This document shows, piece by piece, positions 9,092 through 20,098 of a stretch of 64,000 nucleotides of DNA. Under the pieces are notes generated by a model. That model did not search any database. It was not told the DNA's origin and was given only the letters and a program-made list of their open reading frames with translations. Location: contig CBFFRQ010000089.1 in NCBI GenBank assembly GCA_965644315.1, forward strand, positions 124,001-188,000, written 5' to 3'. Made by a program: the position numbers and the translations under genes. Source of the DNA: Caecitellus pseudoparvulus. Its lineage: Eukaryota > Protista > Bigyra: Bicosoecida. Every line of letters begins with the position of its first letter. Positions within the stretch are counted from its first letter, which is position 1.

Positions 9092-10866
9092 ATGCCGGGC
9101 CAGTCCGCAGCAGGCCCCCGGGCCGCCGCGCCGTCAGCAGGCTCGCATGTGACGCAGACGCTGTCACACCAACCTCAGCGGACAGCCGGCGTGGCGAGGG
9201 GCGCCGCCCGTGAGGCTGACACCTCGCCCTCCGCCATGCTGGAGCTGTTCAACAAGAATCAGGCCATGCAGGCGGAGCTGAGCCAGGTGAAGGAGCGCAT
9301 CAGCGCGCTGCAAGACGCCGTGGCGCTCATGCGGCTGAAAGCTGGCAGTCCGACAGATTGCGCCCAAGACACGCCAACGCCAGCAGCAGGCGCCCAGAGC
9401 AGTGAGTGCGCGAGTGCTTCTTGAAACTGTCTGCATGGCCGGCTGGGTGGGCCTGCACACAGCTTGGTACACTGCCGTCATGTGAAAGGTGTCGTGGCGT
9501 CCCTTGCCCTGCCCTGGTTGCTCACTGCATGCTTCTGCCGCTTCTGGCGCCTGCAGCGTGCCTTGTGCAATGCGCACAGCAACAGCATGTGCACTGCCAC
9601 GTGCTCGGCTGTTGTTTCCCTGACCTGCGCGCGCCTCCCTGGCTCTGCCGCGGTCCGCTTGCCCCTTCACGTGACTGTGCCCAAGTGATGTGCAGTGTTC
9701 CCAATTACCGCTTCACTTCCCTTGTCATTGCAGGTGCCCCCCACCGCAGCGTTAGTGAGCCCCAAGACACCAGCACTGCGGGGCAGCGCAGTGCAGTTGC
9801 GATGGAGTCCACCATGACTGGCTCTCGCAGCAATGGCTCCTCCACAGACTCCCGGCAGCCGCCGGCAGAATGCGCCGACGAAGGCGCCGCTTCGCAGCAG
9901 CCATCCGGGGCAGGCGCAGGTGGCAGTGACGGCAGGGACACGCGCGCCAGCAGCAACAGCACGGGGGGCTCAGACGTCGCCACACCGTCCCCTCCCCCTG
10001 AAACACCCTCCACCTCCACCAGCACGCCTGGGTTGACGGGGGGGCACAAACGCGGCCGGGAAGCAGGCCCAGCCCTGGCAGCGCCGCAGCAAAACCCAGA
10101 CTCTCGCCCTCCCCCCCTCAAGTGCCCCGCGCACGACGCACCCCCCTTCCAGCCCAGAAGGCCAGCTCGCCCTTCTGGGCTGGGCCTGCTGCAGCACGCG
10201 CCGCCAAACGCCTGGCACCCTCGGCCTGACCCCATGCTGCGTTTCCACCACGCCGAACAGGGGCCCCTGCCCCCCTTCCAGCCGCAAAGGGAAGCCCCCG
10301 TGCCCGCCTTCAACCCCCACCTGCTTCAGCAAACCTTCATGTCTGGCTCAGTGCCGGCTGGGCCCCACACCCTGGCCCAGCCTGTGCTTGCGCCACCGCT
10401 GCTCCCCTCTGCGCCGCGATTCGGCCCCCCTCCTGCATCAACCCAAGCCCCCCCGAGGCCCCCACAGCACAGCCAGGCTGAGCCCCCCCCCTCTGGCCGC
10501 GTCAAGGGCAAGATGCTGCCTTGGGAGCGCGCACGCGTGGCCGAGTTCGTGGGTGCAGTGCGCGCCAAGCAGCTGGTCGTGGCGCGTGGCGACCTGGCGC
10601 GGTGCCTGCGAGCGCACGTGAACCCCGAGCGGCCTCAGCTGTTCTACGAGAAACTCATCTCGCGCAAACGCCTGAACCAGGAACTGGGCGAGCTGCTGGC
10701 GCCGCGCAAGCAGCGTCGGAGTCTGCTGGATGCGGAGGTGCTGGAGTCACTCCGCCGCAACCCCGCGTTGATCCAGGCTGCCATGACCGGCCAGCAGTGG
10801 GGGGGGGCGGCACCCGTTGGTCCCGTGCCGTGGCAACCCCCCCTTGGCCAGCCGCAAGGCCGCTGA
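9092..10866 (+). CDS. Uncharacterised protein (coiled coil, Pro-rich region, small basic helical domain); 2 exons
   Basis: The exon from ATG 9092 ends at donor GTGAGT (about 9403). Acceptor TCATTGCAG at 9733 joins in phase to the 9406-10866 frame. Heptads in MQAELSQVKERISALQDAV. Confidence 0.5.
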
Positions 10867-10966
10867 GGGTGGCGCCAGTTTGGCACGGCCGGCCCCTTCG
10901 CAATGCATTGGGTACAAGTCAGCCAGCGCCCCAGCAAGCAGTGCGCGGCACCTGTGCGTGCCGGGT

Positions 10967-11875
10967 CTACATGCCGCCTGGTGCCCCTGCCGCCTTGAGG
11001 CCACCTGGGGCAAGGGAGAGTGTGTGTGTGGCGGAGAGGGCAGCGCGCTGTGACCGGGCACCGCGGCACGCACTGACGTCCATGCCCGAGGCGCTGCTGC
11101 CGAAGATCTGCAGCCGTGACAGCGCTGTGTACTCTCCCTGTGGGTAGTGGTGGTGGCGGCGGCGTGGCGCGGTAAGTGCACCAGGCACTTCGCTCGGCCA
11201 CGCACCTCTTCGTTCTCAAACATGAACTGCAAGTTGTGGACGTTCTGGAACTTCACATACTTCGTCTGCAACGCGCGGGAAAACGGAAGTGCGGGTATGC
11301 AGAGTCACTGTGTGGGGGGGCGCGGCAACGCACCGCCAGTGGCTCGGCGCCGTCTGTCAGCTGGTCAGGCGTCAAATCCCAAGTCTGCGTCGCAGCCGTG
11401 TCATCCACACTCTCAAAGTCCAGGAGCGGCTTGTTCACCCACACACGCATGCGGGTGGGCGCCTGGTCCCCTGCAGGCGCCTGCACCTTGATGCCGCGGA
11501 TCTTTGTCAAGCCTGCGCAATGCAGAGCAGGAGCTGCCTGACTTGGGCCGCCTCGCTGCATGGGCCAGGCACTGCACGACACACAGGAGAAGGGGATGTT
11601 CAGCAGCAGCTGGTCATCTGCATCGGACCGCAGCACAAGGTGGCTGTCTGTGCAAGCGTGGGCGAGGGAGGGCGTTGGCTGGTGTGGTGGTCGTGAGCAT
11701 TGGCGGTGGTGGGTTTCGGCGGGGTGCAGCCAAACGACGCCGAAACGCCACGCGCCGCACCTCCGTTGAACAGGTTCGCGTGCTCAGCGCCCTTTTGTTC
11801 GTTGAGGCACTGTGTGCCTTTCTTCTCAATGTCCCCCTCCAAGTCTTGCATGGCAAGCTGAGCTGAAGCTGCCAT
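10967..11875 (-). CDS. PITH-domain protein (6 exons)
   Basis: Five GT-AG introns splice to QCLNE...LRSDADDQLLLNIPF...APTRMRVWVNKPLLDF...TKYVKFQNVHNLQFMFEN...TALSRLQIFG, the typical PITH (TXNL1/PITHD1-type) motifs. Confidence 0.9.
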
Positions 11876-12021
11876 GGTAAGCTCGCAGCTCACGCTCTGG
11901 CTCAGGCACGAGCAGCAGAAAGCAGCTGAGCGCTGGGGCGGCAGTCAGGGCGACCAGTGGACACCCTCCTGCAAGCCGGTGTGTTGGATGGGGGCCATCG
12001 CCTTTGTGTGGATTGTGCGGC

Positions 12022-13424
12022 TCACCTGCGTTTGACGCGGTTCATGGCCCGTGCCAGCTCGGCATCCAGCGCACCACGCACAGGCGCTCGCCCCGTGGCC
12101 TTGTCAGCTGCCTTGGAAGCGCGCTGCGCCTTGCGCTGGGCACGGCGCTGGGCAGCAGGGTCGGAACCAGCCCCTGTGTCACTGGAGGGTGCAGCAGCCG
12201 CTGCGCCTCCTGCTTTGGCCGCCAGACGCTCTGCCAGGGCGCTGGAGCGGCGGACTTTGATGATGCCGGCACGCACGAGGAGCTCCCGCTGGGCCAGGGC
12301 GGCATTGCCCCGGGCCTTGTAGGTGAGGGAGGGTGCGGGGACATAGGTGCCCTTGGGCAGGTCCGTGGGCACCCACCGCCCTCGCCCCATCTCGGCCATG
12401 ACGCCGCGGTCCGACTTGCGGCGCTGCGCATCCACCTCACGCATGATCTCCCACAGGGACTCGTTGGCCACCTGCCCCTCCCGCGCTCGGATGGCCATCT
12501 GCTCTGCCCAAAAAGCTTCCCCCAGCACGGCACTGCGCATGGCCAGCTGCATGCGGAAGGCGGGGAACAGCAGTGACGCGTACTTGTCGTGCATGGCTTT
12601 GAACTCCACCAGGGACAGGCGCTGGTCCTGGTTGGCGTCCAGCTCCTCGAACAGCGGCTTCAGGCGAGTGTTCAGCTCAATCAACTGCCCGTACACTTCT
12701 TCCAGCATGAGGCGGACTTCCTCCTGGCGTGGTGCAGCAGGGCGAGGGGGCAGGGTGGTGGTGGCAGCAGGTGCAGCCTCGGCAGCGCAGTCCAACGCAC
12801 AATGGTGAGGTAGCCTGCGCCGCTGGGCCCGCTGGGCCCCTGCGTCACTTCTTCGTACAGTTTGAAGGCAAAGGTGACGAGGGCCTTGGCGTCCAGCATG
12901 CAGTACGTCCACACGGCGTCCACGAACTCCGTGAAGTCGATGATGCCGTCGCCGTTTGCATCTGCGGCGGGCCGGGGGCTGCGTGGGGTGGCAGGTGCAG
13001 TGCCTGGGCCGCCTCGCACGGCTGGCGCACCGAACAAGTGGAACACGCGGTCAGTGAACTCGGTTTCCTCCACTCCGATGTACCGGTTGAACTCCAGCAG
13101 GTCCAGCGCGCCAGTGCCGTCCCTGTCGATGTCCACAAAAACAGAGTACAGGCGGTTCACAGTAACCTCGCTCACTGCGCCGCGGGCGTGCATGTCCGCC
13201 ATGCAAGGAGAACAGGGACTCTATCAATGGTACGAGTTTCTCACGTTTCATGGCTCGGAAGTGCCGCACAGCGTCCTCTCCCTGCGCGAGCGGCTCCGTG
13301 CGCATGCTCGCGTCTTGCGTTTCTCCTCGTTGCAGGGCAGCGCACCACCCACCTGCCCCGGACGCGTGATGTTGGGCTTGAAGAAGTGAGTAAAGGTGAC
13401 CTCTTTACTCCCCGTGCCCCCCAT
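12022..13424 (-). CDS. N-myristoylated calcineurin-B-like EF-hand protein with basic C-terminal extension (5 exons)
   Basis: The spliced N-terminus MGGTGS is a myristoylation consensus. EF loops are DRDGTGALDLLE, DANGDGIIDFTE and DANQDQRLSLVE, with 4 canonical introns. Confidence 0.8.
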
Positions 13425-13641
13425 GGCGGGTACCTGTGTGCCTGGCGTAGCGGGGGCCGCCTTGCCACTGCAGGGGCTTCCTGGCGATTTCCGCAGGTCA
13501 CCCCTGGGGCTTCGCGCAACTGTCTACACCCCCAAGCTTTTCAACGGGGCGCACCCACCCTGCATGCTTAACACCGCATCCGAATCCTCAATAATGCTGT
13601 GCATTGCCGAAGGTTTTTGCCGCGAGGCCCTGTGTGCTGCT

Positions 13642-14695
13642 TCACTCCTGTCGTGGTCGCTTCTTGGCTTCGGGTGGAAACAGCGCGTTGCCCTCTGCAA
13701 ACGGCACGACATGTGCGCCAGCCGACTTAAGAGACTCCAACAACCCGCTATGGATGTCCCCCACTCCAGTGGTGGCCACCATGTCTCTGGTGCGCAGTGT
13801 GTACGGCTGCCCACGAGTGTCTGAGATTCGCCCGCCGGCCTCCACCACCAGCAACCCCCCCGCGCTGACATCCCACGAGGACAAGTCCAGCTCCCAGAAA
13901 CCCTGCGCAGGAGAAGACATGGGTGTACGGCATGCCGTGCGCCAGCCGCGCGGGATGCCTCGCCACACACCGTCAGCCGCCCACACGCCACCCAGCTCAA
14001 ATGCAACGCCGCGCTGCCGAAGCTGCGCACAGAGCGGCAGTGCGGCGACACGGCGCCGGCACCTGCACACATAGTCTGCGCCATTTCTGCTTCGTGCCCC
14101 GTCCCAAAGGCCAGCACCGCCTGCGCCAGCCCCTTCTCAGCAGCGGAAACTGTGATGGGCTCCCCGTTGCAGTGCGCGCCGCCGCCTGCCGTGGCTGAGA
14201 AGAGCTCCTCGCGGAAGGGGTCCAAGACGACGCCTGCTACCATGGTGCCCTGGTGGGCCACGCCAATGGACACGACAGAGGCTGGGATGCCGTGCACGAA
14301 GTTGGTCGTGCCGTCGATGGGGTCCACGATCCACAGCCACTCCTGGGACAGGAAGCTCTCCAACGCAGCGGCCGATGCAGAGCTGCCACTGCCGACACTC
14401 TCCTCGCCCAGCACTGCGTGATCAGGGAACGCCTCTTGGATGGTCGCGCGCACAACCTGCGGGGACCGCCGCGAGGAAGGGTGCAGGGCGCTGGTCTCGC
14501 TGCGGAAATTGCACCACACACATCTTCACACTGCTTGTCCACGGCCGTGACGAGGTCCTTGTCGCCGTCCTTTGTGTGGGCCACAGCGACAGCCCCCTTG
14601 TTTGCCCTCATTAAGTCCCCTGCTTTCTGGGCCGCCGCCTTGGCCACCACCAGCACACGCTGCAGCATGGCTTCGTCAGGTGTCGCTGCTGCCAT
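13642..14695 (-). CDS. IMPA: Inositol monophosphatase (3 exons)
   Basis: Motifs DLVTAVDKQCE, GEE, WIVDPIDGTTNFVHG, RSFGSAAL and WDVSAG. Confidence 0.95.
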
Positions 14696-14932
14696 GCTTG
14701 TGGGCAGTTGAGGACGGGCGTGGGGCGGGGAGCAGCGCACAGTGGGCACTGCAGGGACACTTCGCTTCACACACTCCACATTTTTGTGTGCTGGCACCCC
14801 TCACTGCTCCACCTGGCGCCCCTCTGCTCGCTGCCAGGCCAGCTCTGCACGCCGCTGGGTTGAGGTGCCTGCACGTGACCGCAAGGCAGGGCGGGCCGGA
14901 GGGACCAGCGCCAAGCGCCAGCCGAGCCAGCC

Positions 14933-17544
14933 ATGCGCATGAACCAGTTCCTGTCCAAGGCCTTTCGCCGCAAGGTGATGGGGCAGGGTGGCGGCACCAC
15001 CCTGGCGCGCAAGCTGGGCGTGTTTGACATCACAGCGCTCGGCGTGGGAAGCACGCTTGGAGCAGGGTGCGTCACGCCACCGAGCGCGGCAGAGCTGCTC
15101 ACCACCAGGGCATCACACCAGCCGCCTTTTGAGCGCAGTATCTACGTCATCACAGGCACTGTCGCGCGGAACACGGTGCGTGTGCTGTGCTGTGCCGGTT
15201 GCCGGGTCGGCTGGCTCGGCTCCAAGTGCACTGCACTTGGCTCCGCACACTGAACGAACTTCGGCGCGGGTACCTGCCCCGTGCCGGGCACAGCACCACC
15301 GCTACCGCACCCATCCCCCCTGATGCTCACCGCAGACGGGGCCTGGTATAGTTCTTAGTTTCCTCATTGCCGGCATCGCCTCCATCCTCTCTGGCCTCGC
15401 GTACGCTGAATTCGGCAGCCGCGTGCCCAAAGCCGGCTCGGCGTACGTGTACTCCTTCGTGGCAGTGGGCGAGCTCATCGCGTGGCTGACTGGGTGGAAC
15501 TTGATCCTGGAGTACATCATCGGCGCCTCCAGCGTCGCGCGGGGCTGGTCCTCCTACTTCGACTCTCTCGTGCACCACTGGATCTCCCACAACATCAACG
15601 ACCACATCCCCGCCCCCGCCGGCATCGACCCCGACATCTTCGCCCTCTTCATCACGCTCGTCCTCACCCTCGTCGTGGCCGTGGGCGTCAAGGAGAGCAC
15701 CATGGCCAACAACGTCCTCACCGCCGTGAACATCATTGTCATCGCTGTCATCGTCATTGCAGGCAGCTTCTACGCGAAACCCGCAAACTGGGACCCCTTC
15801 GTCCCCGAGAAATTCGGCACCATAGGCGTCTTCAAGGGGGCCGCCACCTGCTTCTACGCGTACATTGGCTTTGACGTCATCGCCACCTCGGCAGGTGCGA
15901 CCCGCAGACGTCCGACAGAGCAGGCTGGCGCCGCACCCCCCCTGCCACCCCCCCCCCCCTGCGCAGAGGAGACTAAGAACCCCTCTCGCAACGTGCCCAT
16001 CGGCATCATCGCGTCCCTCACCATCTGCGCGCTGTCCTACATGGCTGTCTCCGCCATCCTCACCCTCATGCAGGACTACGCGTGCGTGTCCCAGCCGCAG
16101 GCATACCCCGCCCCCCCCACACCACACACTGCGACCCCCTTCCCCTCACGCAGCGTGCTGAGCAATGAAGCGCCCCTGGCAGGTGCCTTCGGCGCCGTGG
16201 GGGCCACGTGGGCCAAGGTCTTCATTTCCGTCGGCGCCCTGGCAGGCCTCAGCACCAGCCTCATGGCCAGCATCTTCCCTCTGCCCCGCATCATCTACGC
16301 CATCGCATCAGACGGGCTGCTGTGGCCATGGCTGGGCGCAGTGCACCCCTACTTCAAAACGTGCGTGGAGTGGCCGCCTGTGCCCTGCGAACACCCCGCC
16401 CCTCCACTGTGCTCTGCACCCCCCCCGCAGTCCCCTCAACGCCACCCTCATCTCGGGCCTGCTGGCCGGCATCATGGCCTTCCTGCTGAACATCCAGGAG
16501 CTGGCAGAAATGCTCAGCATCGGAACACTCATCTCCTACACCATGGTGGGCGCCTGTGTCATCATTCTCCGGTACGAGCGCCCCAACGCCGCCATGGCAG
16601 CACACCTGGCCGACGCGGCCGCGGCGGGTGGTGCAGCAGCCACCGAGGCGGCCCCCCTCGTCTCCAGCAGGGGGGTGTTCGCAGAAACGCCCAAGCAAAG
16701 CACGCCCCAGCCCATGCAGCAGTCCTCCCGTCGCCAGCGTGCGGCCTCCATGGGGGGTGGCTCCGGCGTGCCGCTGCCTGCGCACCGCACTGGCGTGGCG
16801 GGCTCCCTGCCCGCCCCCGCATCAGCCCGCGCCTCCACGAACAGGGACCGGGCGGCGTCTGAGACGCACGAAGAGTACACGGCGCTGGCGTCAGACGACG
16901 ACATTGACGTGGCCGCGCCCGCAGCAGGAGTGGGCAGCAGTGGCGCGCTCATGACTGCCCACACGCCAGATGCCGTGACGGCCGAGGCGGGGCGGGCACT
17001 GGGGCAGAGTTCGGAGCACGTGTCCCTGGTGGCAGGGGAAGGGGAGGTGGAGGAGGACAATGAAGCTGCTGGGTGGTGGGAGAGTTTCGCCGCTGCAGCG
17101 AGGGGCCAGGCCATGGCAGGGAACCGCTTCCGTGCCGCCGTCGTGTGCGTGCTGCTGTACCTGCTGTGTGTCACCATCGTGTCAGTGTCCATCCTCGTGG
17201 GGGTGGGGCAAGTGTGGGCGTACGTCGTCATCGGCATCTTTGGCTTGGCAGCCGTGGCCATGGTGGGCATCGCCAACCGCATCCCTGAGCGGGCGCAGCC
17301 CAACTTGAAGTTCAAGTGCCCCTGGGTGCCCACTCTGCCCATGGTCAGCATGGGCATCAACATGTACTTGCTGTGCAGCCTGAGCCCCCTCACGTGGGCG
17401 CGTTTTGCGGTGTGGAGTGCCATTGGATTCGCCATTTACTTCTGGTACGGCATCACGCACTCCCGAGTTGCGGAAAAAGCCGCCGCCGCCATGCAGCGCT
17501 CGAAGCCCGACCAGGCCGACGCCGCGCCCACAGACTCGGACTGA
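14933..17544 (+). CDS. Cationic amino acid transporter (APC superfamily, CAT/SLC7 type; 6 exons)
   Basis: Motifs GVGSTLGAGIYV, YAEFGSRVPKAGSAYVY, GWNLILEY, YIGFDVIATSAEETKNP, SIGTL and FKCPWVP; 5 canonical introns. Confidence 0.95.
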
Positions 17545-17591
17545 CATCCCTGCCTGTCCTGCCCAATGCACACATATCCAAACCGCAGGGA

Positions 17592-18778
17592 TCATGCCTG
17601 GGCAGTCTCCGTGGGGGCGTCTGGGTCGCCGCTCGCCGCGGCCACATCCGCCCAGTACGCTGCAGCATCCAGCGCCACTTCACAGGATTCCCGCACCACC
17701 TGGTCCTTGTCCTGCAGGTGCTCCTTCAGCACTGCCATGACTGCAGGCGTGCCGATGGCGCCCAGCGCCTCCGCCGCCTCGTGCCGCACCATGGCGTGTT
17801 CAGCGCCCCGCAGCAGACACGCCGTCAGGGCGTCCGCCGCCAAGCCCCGCTCTAGCTGCCCCAGCACATACGCCACCTCGTGCCGGAACAAGGCACTTGA
17901 CGTATCCTGCAACCCGTCACACAGTGCCAGCACCGCCTCGTCAGAGCCGTCGTTGCGCAGCGCGAACATGGCCTTGTACCGCGCGAACAGGGGCGCCTCC
18001 TCATCCAGCAACGCCTCTCGCAGCTCAGCCACTGACTTGGCACCCTCCTCGGCAGGGGCCGGGTCCACTGTGTCAAAGGGACTGCTCTCCGGAGCCTGTG
18101 GTACAGAGAGTACGGTGGCCAGGGGTGTTGCAGTTCGTATTGGGGCGGGCTCTTGGCGGTGCTGCCGCATAGCAAGGCGCCTCACCTTGGCCTCGGGACC
18201 AGACGCGGTCATTCGCTGCACGGCGATGGCACACGTCTCGCTGACCTCCTTCGCAGGATCCTCCATGAACTTCTTCAGCACGTCCAATGACTCCGGCTGG
18301 GCAATGGCGCCCAGGGCTTCCGCACACTGCGTGCAACGCGGAAGGAAGTGAGCGGTGCTCTTGCGGAAATTGATTCCTCAGCCCCGGACTACGTCACAGC
18401 GCGAGCTGCCAGCGCAAGGCATGGCCAGCACAAGACCTGGATGGCATGCACACTATATACATGTTTGGATACGCGTCCTCTCATGGAACAGCCCTCACGC
18501 ACCTCGTGTCGGACGATGGCATCATCCTCCACATTCTCCAGGATTCTCGTGAGGCACGGAACAGCCGCTGCATCCCCCATCTGCCCTAGGACGAAGGCCA
18601 CCTCATGCCGAAAGAGGCACGAGCCCTCCATGTCCTCCACCGCGGAAGCCAGCGTCTCCACCGCCACCGGCCCGCCTGCAGTGCGCAGGTGAAACACCGC
18701 CCGCATGCGCTCAGCCAGAGGCGCGCCCTTGTCCAACACCTTGGCCGCCTCAGCGGCGACAGAGGGCTCACTGGCCAT
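17592..18778 (-). CDS. DOHH: Deoxyhypusine hydroxylase (3 exons)
   Basis: Four HE motifs in HEAT-like repeats: FRHEVAFVLGQM, VRHECAEALGAI, FRHEVAYVLGQL and VRHEAAEALGAI; also DPAP and VVRESCEVALD. Confidence 0.97.
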
Positions 18779-18938
18779 GATGAGGGGCAAGCGGAATCGA
18801 AGTTCACGTGCTGTGCCGGGTGTGTGGCGGGAGCGCTCCGTGTGCGGTGAACCGACAGTGTATGGATTGTGTATGCGGCAGCAAGCCGCTGCTGGGGGTG
18901 ATGCCACACGGCGACGGACCCGCCAATGCACAAACGGT

Positions 18939-19746
18939 TCAGACCTTGGTGGCACTCTCTGCCTTGGCCTTCTCTGCCTCGTACGCCTCCACCTTGCGCT
19001 GCAGGGCTGTGAAGAGGGGCGGTAAGCGGGCGGTGCATACAGACCTGGGTGCGCGGCAGAGGAGGCTGGCGCCACGTACTGGTGGTCACCTGCTGCAGCT
19101 GCTGCGCCTTTTGCTCCACCAACGCTTGCAGCTGATCCCCCTTTGTCTTCACATACTTGGCCTTGGTGCCCATCACCTCCGCCGCCGCCTCGCGCGTCTT
19201 GCGCACGTAGAAGCCTGTGCCCACGTCCACCAGCAACGCATCAGGCTCCACGAGCTTCCCAGGCACATACAGACTGGAAGTCAAAGGAACAAGGATCTCC
19301 GAGTCTGCGGCTTGGGTGCAAAAGGGTATGTTGTGAAGTGCTGCTGATTACTCCCCGTTGCAGCCGGAGCGGGATTTGGCGTTACGCCTCCCCAGCAGCA
19401 CCCACCTTCCTCTGCATCCTGCAGCTCTGTGACGGCTGCCTGTGAGCTCACAAACCTCTGCTGGGCCAATCGAAGGTTCTGCAAGTTTGTCCTGAGCGCT
19501 TGAAGGTCCTGCGAGGTCGGATGGCACGGCATGTGTGCAATGTGGATGCGGCTTGGCGTTTCGTAGCCTCCCGCATGCTGACAGCACACTGCTATGCCAG
19601 TGCAAGGGGTCGCAGGCTAAACGCACCCCACCGAGCTGCTTCCGCATCATATCCAGCTGCTCAATGGATAGGCTTGTCAGCTGGATGGGCTGGGGAGCCT
19701 CCTCAGCCCCCTGGGGTGCAGCGGACTCTGTCGCTGCCGATGACAT
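18939..19746 (-). CDS. PFDN5: Prefoldin subunit 5 (4 exons)
   Basis: Splicing gives EILVPLTSSLYVPGKL...LLVDVGTGFYVRK, the prefoldin-alpha signature. Confidence 0.95.
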
Positions 19747-20098
19747 GGCTGCGAGCTATTTGTGTGACACAAGAACTGCAAGGGTGGAAGAAGAGCCTTC
19801 CCGAACTGCACTACGTCGGACTGGAGGGTTTGTGTGATGTGATGACGTGCCAGGGTTGGAGTTCTGCGGCTAGTGCGCTGGTGGGGCTGCACATGTTCAC
19901 CCCAGCTGCCACGCCACTCGAGCGAGCAGAGAGAAACTGCATTTAAACTAACGCCACTGGAATTATGCTGTCAGGCGCATTGACCGAACATGTGGTCTGC
20001 TCCGCCGGGCATGACCGCGCTCACTGCACTTGCTGCCTTCCCCATCCTTCGCAGGCCAGAAGGCACTGAACACGAACAAAACCGACAAGCAAAGCGCC

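Noticed and set aside
10967-19746. Introner-like repeated introns
   Set aside because: The introns share only splice-site consensus and a C-rich 3' tract; I saw no internal similarity or terminal repeats between them.
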